From: Proteromonas lacertae
Taxonomy: Eukaryota
Assembly: GCA_002245135.1 (NCBI GenBank)
Contig: NGBS01000877.1
Coordinates: 124,001-188,000 of the forward strand
Reading direction: 5' to 3'
Length of the DNA stretch: 64,000 nucleotides
Position numbers and translations under genes: made by a program
In this document: one piece after another, positions 54,580 to 64,000 of the stretch
Position numbering within the stretch: the first letter of the stretch is position 1
Layout: each line of letters begins with the position of its first letter
Notes under the pieces: model-generated
What the model was told of the DNA's origin: nothing
Databases searched by the model: none
The model's input: only the letters and a program-made list of their open reading frames with translations

Positions 54580-55133
54580 ATGCAAGCCGTAACTCCACAA
54601 ACTACTTATGCTGGCTATCAAAGAGATGTACCATACGTTCATTTAAAGCCATTGGGTTACAAACTAGATTATGAACGAAGAGCAGTATTTTATTTTATCT
54701 CTATTGCATTAAGGATGGATTAATACATCCTTTTATAACATTAAAATATACAATTGATTTAGCAGAGCTTCAGCGAATAAACCAATCAAATCCCACACCT
54801 CTAGCCACCCCATTTCTATATGAAGCTCGATACAGTGCAAGTCCAACCTACCAACCTTCTACATACAGAAACGTATTTTGTACTAAATGTAAATGGAATT
54901 TATCTAATAGACCAGAAAAAATGAAAAAGACATGTAACAGGTGTATAATTATACGCCATTTACTTAACATTTTCGGAAGTGCAATCAGTATGGAAGTCAT
55001 AAAAGATGTGCTAGCCTGTCATAGAAAAAGAGGTAGATGTATATTGTGTGGAGGTAGAGGAACTAATTATGAAAACAAAGATCATAGGATATGCCTTGTA
55101 TGTCGTTACATAATTGATAAAAGTCCTCATTAA
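54580..55133 (+). CDS. Small CxxC zinc-finger protein (related to the genes at 39275 and 48385)
   Basis: MQAVTPQ start, one intron, CTKC..KKTCNRC and CILC..RICLVC. Confidence 0.55.
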
Positions 55134-55426
55134 AGAAATATGTTTGAACATTATGAGTTTCTAAAATGATTGTACTTCTGAAAATGTTATATGTATTATA
55201 CTAGTACTTCATGACATTTTGTTTTTTTATTGGTTTTTTTAGATTGTGAAAATAATGAGTGTAATTGATCTCCTTTATTAAATGAAAGTATTATAAACCT
55301 AAATAATTAATCCTTATTCAAGAATAAGAAATGAATGGGTTAATACTCAATCTATAAATTGTATAATAAGCGAAATTGCATTTTTCTTTTTAGAATAACA
55401 AGCATTTAGCTCGATTCAATTCTAAA

Positions 55427-57904
55427 ATGAAAATACTTGTTTTTATAACTATTCTTGCATTTGTAACAGCTAAAAAATTGCATAACCTCTATACACAGTT
55501 GGATAATGTAAATAACAAATTATTGGCGGCAAATATAATTATACCAAATACAAAGTATAGAAACATATGTTGATATTTTCATTATAGTTTTTCATTGGTA
55601 CTTAATGAATTTAGAAGATGTGATGAGTGTATTAATAGTGATATTGAAATAAAAGGATCAAGGCAAAGAGAGTTGTGCAAATCAAATGAAATAATAAAAT
55701 TATCTGTTTTGCTTGTAGAAATTGCTAATAATATCTCTTTTGTTGACAGTAATATATCAATTCAGTTGTTGAATATTTCATTGTCTATCAATCCATCTGA
55801 GCATGCATTCTATTATTTAGGTAGTATTTATGAAAGAAATTTTGATTTTGATAAAGCTAAGGGTAATTATGAATTGTGTAATGAGAAGAATAGCAGTTTA
55901 TGTAATTTTGATATATTAAGATTAACAATAAAGAAGAATGAAATATTTTATTATAAGAATGATCCTAATATGATGTTTAGATATTTATATATTGAATTAA
56001 TAGATAATAGAAATGAAGAGTCATTTCAACAGCTATTACTTCCATATTTAAGATATCATACTCCTCAACAATTTCATTCATATTTGAAATTGTTTTTTAA
56101 TATATATAATGAATATAATTCCAGTGTATATAAGTATTCTGAATATTATTCAATTTTGCCATTCTTATTCCCACATACTTCAAATAACGACATTTTAATT
56201 CAATATTTTGAGTATTATATTGATAATCTGCATGTATTTATATCTAATAATAAAGATAATATGGATGAATTATCTTTAATCTACTATATGAGAACTAATA
56301 TATTCAAAGTTATCAATTTATCATTGCCAATGTTTTTTATGTCGTTTAATAGATTAAATTATATCCTTAATTCAATAAGATATTTACATGGTGTATCATC
56401 AAAATGTAGAAGTGACTACAACATGATGAATACTAAATCTATTACAAGAATTGGTTTTTATATAAGTACTATCAATAATTATGATCTTAATTTCTCATTT
56501 CAAAAGATTATTGAACTTTTACCATTTGAAGACTTTGAAAGAGTGGTTATTCTTCCTCCTGAATCAAAATATATTGTAGAAAAGTGTATTAGTAATGAAG
56601 AAATTATATTTGTTGAAATTTCGAATGATTATGATGTATCGTTGTATAGAAATGTAATATCTGATTTAGAATTAGACATTCTTATATATGAAAATGTTTA
56701 TTCTGATTGGATAACTTATTTATTGTCATTTAACCGTTTAGCTAATGTTCAAATTGCATTTACTAATTATCTTCCAATCATTACAAATGATGCTATTGAT
56801 TATGTATTGTTTTGTGAAAGAAGAAAGGCATTTGATGTAAATATGTATTCTCAAATCATTAACATTGAATCTAATAATGGCTTTTATGTTGCACCAAAGC
56901 CAATACCAATAATAAACAAAATTAAAATAGGTTTTGATGAATCTAGTTTTTTAATATCAATTCCATTTGTATAAATATTTTTATAAATATTTTTATGTTT
57001 AATAGCATTATCATTATGATAGTCAATTCATCTCTGTTATTAATATGGTAATGAATGATAATGAAAACATCCAATGTAATTATATTGTATGATAGAAATA
57101 GAATCTCAATAAGTGATATTCATATTAATAATGAAGAGTTATTTCAGTTCAATCTTAGAGTGAAATATTATGGATTTTCAAATGAATATGAATTGAGTAT
57201 GTTATATACAATTATTAATATCAATCTAAATCCGTTTTATGAAACAGATCTTTCATTTTATCTCCATTCTTTGTTCGCAAAGAAACCAACAATCAATTTG
57301 TCAAATAGGAATTATAAAAACATCATATCTCATTTCAACAACATAATTCAAATTAATCAATTGTATTTCTAAATATATTTTTATTAATAGAAACGAAAAT
57401 ACACCAGAATTATATTATTTAGTGTTAAAAGAGGTTATGAAAAACAGAGATGTCATTAGAAGGTTAGAAAATGCTTTGAGAATAGAAAGGTATATGATAT
57501 TCAATGATACTTCTATAATTGATGAGTTATATCCATTTTTGAAGTTTGTTTCAATGAAATGGAATAAAGAAATCACTCAGCAAATGCAATTCGATTTTGT
57601 AAATCCTTTATTAAGTGATGGAAGATATGATACTTGTACAGAAATGACATGGTTAGTAACTTCAGTTATTCCTTCTTCAGCAATGTTACAACAAGCTATT
57701 TCACATTGTTATAAAAGAGTGAATGAAAATTTAAACTCATTAAAGAGATTAAAATTGTCATTTTATTATAATCCTTACATAAATGATGTTTTCAACTCAT
57801 CAACAGCAATTAACAAGTTGAATGTGAGTGAAGTACAAGGTTGGATTGGAAAATACCCACAATCCAAGTATAATAGAAAAGGTTATCAGATAGGTATGAA
57901 TTAA
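55427..57904 (+). CDS. Signal-peptide TPR + GT41 (OGT/SPINDLY/HMW1C)-like protein, divergent
   Basis: Signal-like MKILVFITILAFVTA, TPR-like AFYYLGSIYE, then RIGFYIS and LELDILIY..ITYLLSFNRLANVQ. Confidence 0.6.
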
Positions 57905-57984
57905 TAACCACAAAAACTACAATAAAAAGTATAAAGATTTAATTAGAAAAATCATTTAATATTTAAGAATAATCAATAATTAAT

Positions 57985-60900
57985 TTACTTATAAGCCATT
58001 TGTGGTGTTTGCATTTCATCACAATAAGGACATTTCTTTGTCATACTCACAAATTGATTCCAATTATCCAATTCAGCACCACTACCACATCTAGTGCAAT
58101 TAGCAGGATGTGTAATTGGATAACCAGTAACCACACAAGTGCCAAACGCTGAGTTACAATAAGGACATTTTAATGTAGCTTCATATATTCTTTGTCCACA
58201 AGTTGGACATAACATCAATGATAAATCTTGACTAACTTTAGTATCCATTGATGTAGATAATACCCAATTTCTAACATCTTCCTGTTCATCATTTGATAAA
58301 TAACTCTCTTGTGGTGCATAGAAATCTGCAGGTGTTGGTATATCTGTTATTTGGAAATCACTGTTATCTATATCATTCACACTATTATCTTCCATTGCTT
58401 CGATTATATCCAAATATCTATTCCAGAAAGCCATAGCCATATTCAATACACCTGCTGTTTTACATGCTTCACCAGCTTGATAAAATAACTTATCAGCTGG
58501 TATTAAATCACAGAATCTCAATAAAGAGATTGATACTTGAGCATACATTCTATTAAATGCAGGTGTAGATGATGATTGTGAATAGAAATATTCTCTTAAA
58601 TAATAATAATGAGCTATTAATAAGAATCTATCAAATTCATTGATAATAGTTGGATGTACATTGGATTGTCTTAATTGATTGGTTAATATCTTTAACACTT
58701 CTCTTACACGATATGGATCAACTTGTTGACTTGATTCATCCATTTTAGTACGAGCAAAACTCTTTTGTACGATTAACTTCAATATGGATAAACTCTCTGG
58801 ATCTATAGCCATACCATATTCTCTTAAACAATTAAATGTTTTTTCATATTCTCTCACATTGAATAAATAATTGGCATATCGAACTGAATAAAAATGTTTT
58901 TGATTCTCATCTTGCGAAACCATTTGTATTACTTTAGTCCATTCATTGTTCTGTATTAATAAATCAATTGCTTGTTGATCAAATCCACCAGTTATTAATT
59001 CATCTACTCTTCCACTACTTGCTAAATATTCTGAATATAATTTTTGTACTCTCTCCACTTCACTTGGTAATTCTCTTGATGCTAATTCTTGTGCTTTATC
59101 CCATTCTTTAGCTGATATATATAAATCTAATGCTTCTTCTACTCTTCCAATATCTTTCAATAAATCACCAGCTGCTTCAAATCTTTGTATTGAACTTAAT
59201 AAGTTTGATACTCTTACAACTACTTCTTCATATCGATCTCTTTCGTGTTTACCAGCTAATGTAACTGCTTTCTCCCATATTCTTTCAGCTGCATCTTTAT
59301 TATCATTTGCTTCAAACAATGTGACTTGTAAATATGAATCAATTGCTTTATTAAAGTCTTGTTTCTGTTCAAACATTTGTGCCATTATGATATGATTCTT
59401 ATTAGCACCACCACCTGCTGCATTACCTTCCTTCATACTTTGTAACTCTCTTACACGTTGTGGAGCGTAATCTCTAGCGATTCTAATAGCATCATCGTAT
59501 TTCTCTACACTCGTATACATATCGATAATATAATCAGGACGACTAGCCTTCATATATAATGATTCAGCTGTTGCATAATCTTTACGATTCTCTGAATCTT
59601 TAGCATTATCTATATAGATAGTTGGTATAACTGATGGTGTATATTCTGTTGCTAATCTTAAGGCATCATTCCACATCTTCTTCTCTACATACATATCAAC
59701 AGCTTGTTCCGGCTTGTTGGCTCGAATATATTCTTTTTCAGCATCTTGTAGTTTATTCTGCATTTCTAAATCAGCTGCATATTTCTCATGAATTAGTGGT
59801 AATTTACTCTTCATAGATTGTCTTGCAGTTTCAAAGGCTTCATCATATAATTTACATTCAATAGCAAAATCAATACATCTATCTATTAATCCTAACTTTC
59901 TCAATTGTTTCATACCATTCTCACCACCTAACTTTCTAGCCCAATTATAAGCAACATTAGTACTAGCTTCAACACCACCATTATACTTAGCAACTCTAAT
60001 AGCTTCATCCCATTGATCTATTAATGTATACATACTACAAGCGGCATTCCAATCACCAGCTTCAATATAATGATGTTCTGCTTCTTTATATTCTTTATCT
60101 AATTCTAATTGTTGAGCTAATTGACTATGTGCATCTCTTATTTGATCTGGTCTGTATTGTGTTACTACTCTGATCATATCACCATACATTTTATTCTTTT
60201 TGTACATTAATATTGCACTATCTGGATCATTAATACGAATATATAATCTCTCAGCTTCTTTAAATTCATGTTGTGATTCAAGCTTTTTGGCTTGATCTAA
60301 ACAGATATGTTTATAATCATCAGCTTTGAAGTATTGTTCTGCAATTCTTTCAGCTTCAGCCCATCTCTTAGCTGAATTGTACATTTCAATTGCTTCTTCT
60401 GGTTTTTCACCTTTTACATAGTAAGTAGTAGCTAAATTGTATTCACCTGTTTCTCTATAATGTTCAGCTATTCTGAGATAATAAGGACCAGCTTCATTTC
60501 TAGGTAATGCATCATTAATCATTTGTATTGCCTTTCTCCACTGTCTACTATCAATAGCAGCAGAAATAGCTTTAGCAACAGCTCCACTCTCAATATAATG
60601 ATTAATAGCTGCATCTATAGCTTGTTGACTTACTAAATAATCACCCCATTCTTCTTCTAAAGCTACAACTTTATCAGGATAATTCTTTCTACATAATTCT
60701 ACAGCAGATTGATATACTCTACCTCTAATATAACAATCCAATGCTCTTGCTGAATTATTCATATCCTCAAGGAAATTACCAGCTTTCTCGAATAGATTAC
60801 TATCTAATAAAGCTTGTATAATTCTCTCGCATACTTCATCACCACATCTATTAACTGATGCAAGTTTAGCTGCCATTACTGGTAATCCACCTTCTAAATA

Positions 60901-63273
60901 TAGATTAATAGCTGCTATATTTTCACCTTCTTCTTCTTTCAATTTACCAGCTTTATCTTGTTGTCCTGAATCTATCAAATATTTGAAATAGTTTGATTTC
61001 ATCATTTCAGTATCTCTATGATTGTTTCTTTCAGCTACTCTAATAGCATCATCATATTTATGTAATGTTTGATACATTTGTATAGCATCATCTACTTTAC
61101 CATGATCTAATAATATCTTCTCAGTGGATTTATAATTATTGTTAAACATATCTTTCTTAGCTAATACCATCCAATGATCTCTAGCCATCTTATCATTTGG
61201 ATCTTTAGGATATTTCAATTGTAATTTATTGATCTTATTAATATATCTTGCTGAACTAACATCACCTAATGCTGCTGCACACCTTTCTGCTATTATATAA
61301 TCATCCTTTTGATCAGCTGCTTGTAATAATTCTCTCCACATTCCTTCAGTTTCATCAGTCATTTTTATACCTTCTAAGACACTTCTTGCTTGTTGTAAAT
61401 CACCATCTTCTATTGCTATACCAAAGCCTATTAATCCTTCATTCAATGGTTCAGCTATATAGTTTTCACCATCAAATAATATTACTTCAGTTCTACCATT
61501 CTTTCTATCAATAGTTTCAATATCTCCTTTGATTTCTCTTTTAGTCATTCTATCTGGATTGGTTAATGTATACCATATACACATTGTATTCTTATTCTGT
61601 GCGACAATGACGTCAGATAATGGAACCCATTGTACATAACTACAGAATGTTAATAATGTAGTTTTCTTTTGAGTAGTAAAATCATATAAGTGTAATTGTC
61701 TATGTTTATCTCTAAATACTAAGTGAGTACAACGTGGATTTAACTCTAAGAAATCTATTCTACAATCATGATTAATAGTAGCAATTGTACCATTTGTCAT
61801 TATATCAACTACTCTGATTGTAACAAGATCTAATAAATAAGCAATCTTTCTATTATTCTCTAATTTCTCACCATTTCTTATTAAAGCTCTTTCATTATTT
61901 CTGACTGATATTAAGTGTTGACTAACATGTTCTGTTCTAAAACTACCTAATATCTCATTTCTACCATATTCAACTATAGTTAATTCACCTTGATTAGAGA
62001 TTAAACAGATCTTATCATAATCAAATGCGAATTTCTCTTTATTAGTTGTTTTCCATGGTATTTCACTGATTTTCTTAGTGTCAAAATCACCTACAATTAT
62101 AGTTTCACATGTTCTAGCTATCATATATCGACCTCTATATATATGCACATCATCTATGGAATATCCTTTATTACTATATAATAATCTTACAGCTGTATCA
62201 TTCGTTTCACTTTCAGTATCAGTAATAATGATTCTGGATGGTGATACATAGTTATATTCAAATGCACCTTGTTTACAACGACGTAATGACACTTCGAACA
62301 TTTCAACTGCACCTGTCACAGAACCAACTACTACTCTACTACCATCTGGTCGCCATGAGGTAGCAGTTACACTGTATAAATTATTGATTCTCTTTTCATA
62401 TGATTGTTCCCAACTCTTTGTCTTTGTTTGATATGAATAGATATAGAATCTATTATAGTTACCTACTACAATACAATCACCATCTGGATTAGCAGCAGCT
62501 GTCTCAAACTCTTTTACTAATGGGTCTTTATTATAATCGAATGATCTTTGAATTGATCCACTGGTTGGTTCATAAAATAATACTCTCTTATCATTTCCAC
62601 TTGCACAGATTGATACACCCCAGGATAAAGCATAAGGTGTTGTTGGATGAGTAACTACCTTGGAGGAGGATGGCTGTTTACCGGTTGTTTCATCACCAAA
62701 TCTATAAACATAGATTGAACCATCTAAATGACCAGTGACTATTGCATTTCCTTCTGGGTTAGAACACATTGATACACAGTAGGATTGAGTATCGAACAAG
62801 GAGGAGGCTTTACTCTTGTTGTTTCTACCAGATTTGATTGATCCATCTGCACAACCAAATACGACTTCTTTTGGCTTTGATGGCCATGCACAACAGGTTA
62901 TAGCTGATGATACGACATATCTCCCACGAACTGCTTTCTTATCTCCCCAATGATTACCAAGCTATTTAAGAATTATATAAAAACTAAATATTTATACATA
63001 ATAAACATATAAACAACAATCTGATTGAGCGATTGCTAATTGATCTGAGTCTGGACTGAATACCATTCCTTTAACAACGTAATTCTTACCACAGTTTGGT
63101 GCTGGCTTTGTGGAGAATTGTTCAACATATTTACCAGTTTCGTCAAATAAAAACACTACTCTATTGGTGGTACATGTAGCTAATCTCATCATATCAGGTG
63201 ACCAACAAATGGCTGTGACTTTAGTTAAGGTTTCTGATACACCAGCAATATTTGCATCATGTAATAACTGCAT
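57985..63273 (-). CDS. IFT172: Intraflagellar transport protein 172
   Basis: N-terminal WD40 (WGDKK, FSTKPA), long TPR/alpha-solenoid and C-terminal IPADKLFYQAG..NRYLDI..DFQITDIP; about 1750 aa with one intron. Confidence 0.95.
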
Positions 63274-63352
63274 TATTTAAATTGACTTTCTTATTATTGA
63301 GAAAAATCGAATTAAAATCAACAAATCAAAAACGCTTTTTTAAATTTTGTTT

Positions 63353-63406
63353 GGCTTGAAAAAGGTGAGGCTAAAAAGTGGAGGCTTAACTTGACACTAG
63401 GCTTGA
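63353..63406. promoter_or_regulatory. Cluster of GGCTT(G/A)A motifs in the IFT172 / V-ATPase B bidirectional promoter
   Basis: Three or four copies within 54 bp. The same motif occurs upstream of several other genes in the window. Confidence 0.4.
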
Positions 63407-63450
63407 GTTATTCAATCATTTTTATTAAATCTTCTTTTATCTCCAAGATA

Positions 63451-64000
63451 ATGTCGGTTTTAACAGAAGGAAAACCTACTACCTTTGATATTAATGCTGC
63501 TGCTGCTATCAGAGATTATTATGTTGAACCAAGATGTGGTATTTATTAATCATTTTCATCTTCCATAGATTACAAAACAATATCAAGTGTCAACGGACCT
63601 TTGGTCGTATTAGAGAATGTTAAAGTATAACAAATCGTCATATGCTGAATAGGGACCTTGTTTCAACGAAATTGTTGAATTACAGTTAGGAAATGGTGAA
63701 AGAAGAAGAGGGCAAGTGTTAGAAATTTATGGTAAAAAAGCAGTTGTTCAAGTATTCGAAGGAACAACAGGTATTGATAATTTAAAGACTTGTTGTACAT
63801 TTACAGGAGATGTCATGAAGATTCCAATGTATAAATATCAAATATATTCACATAATTATAATATTTGTTTAGTTCAAGTGAAATGTTGGGAAGAACATTC
63901 AATGGATCTGGTACTCCAATCGATGGTTGTCCACCAGTATTAGCTGAAGATTATTTAAATATTGAAGGTAATCCCATCAATCCCTTCTGTAGAACATATC
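63451..64000 (+). CDS. ATP6V1B: V-type ATPase subunit B (5' part, runs off the window)
   Basis: [32 protein letters not shown] and LGRTFNGSG motifs. Confidence 0.95.

Overview
This is gene-dense, very AT-rich nuclear DNA from a single-celled eukaryote. It uses the standard genetic code and canonical stop codons, has very short (~25-40 nt) GT-AG introns, and has many head-to-head gene pairs only 58-180 bp apart. This architecture resembles the gut stramenopile Blastocystis/Proteromonas lineage; that assignment is inference only. Recognisable genes are tRNA-Ile(AAT), an eIF2B-gamma-like gene, TMF1 golgin, TFIIH p52, a PTEN-like phosphatase, a metallo-beta-lactamase-fold hydrolase, a divergent Hsp110-like gene, a cNMP-binding protein, adenylate kinase, a multi-RGS protein, a NEK kinase, a sphingosine-kinase-like gene, ORC2, a RADX-like OB-fold gene, a GT41-like gene, IFT172 and V-ATPase B. 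The main points of interest are: (1) ORC2 fused to a PZP module plus a further PHD finger; (2) a bounded 2.5-kb CACTA/EnSpm element with 11-bp terminal inverted repeats and a decayed transposase; (3) an AT-AC minor-spliceosome intron that explains a break in the lipid kinase ORF; (4) three decaying copies of a pseudokinase-LRR family; (5) a RADX-like gene in a protist; and (6) a three-member CxxC zinc-finger family. Exon boundaries were inferred by eye and no database searches were run.
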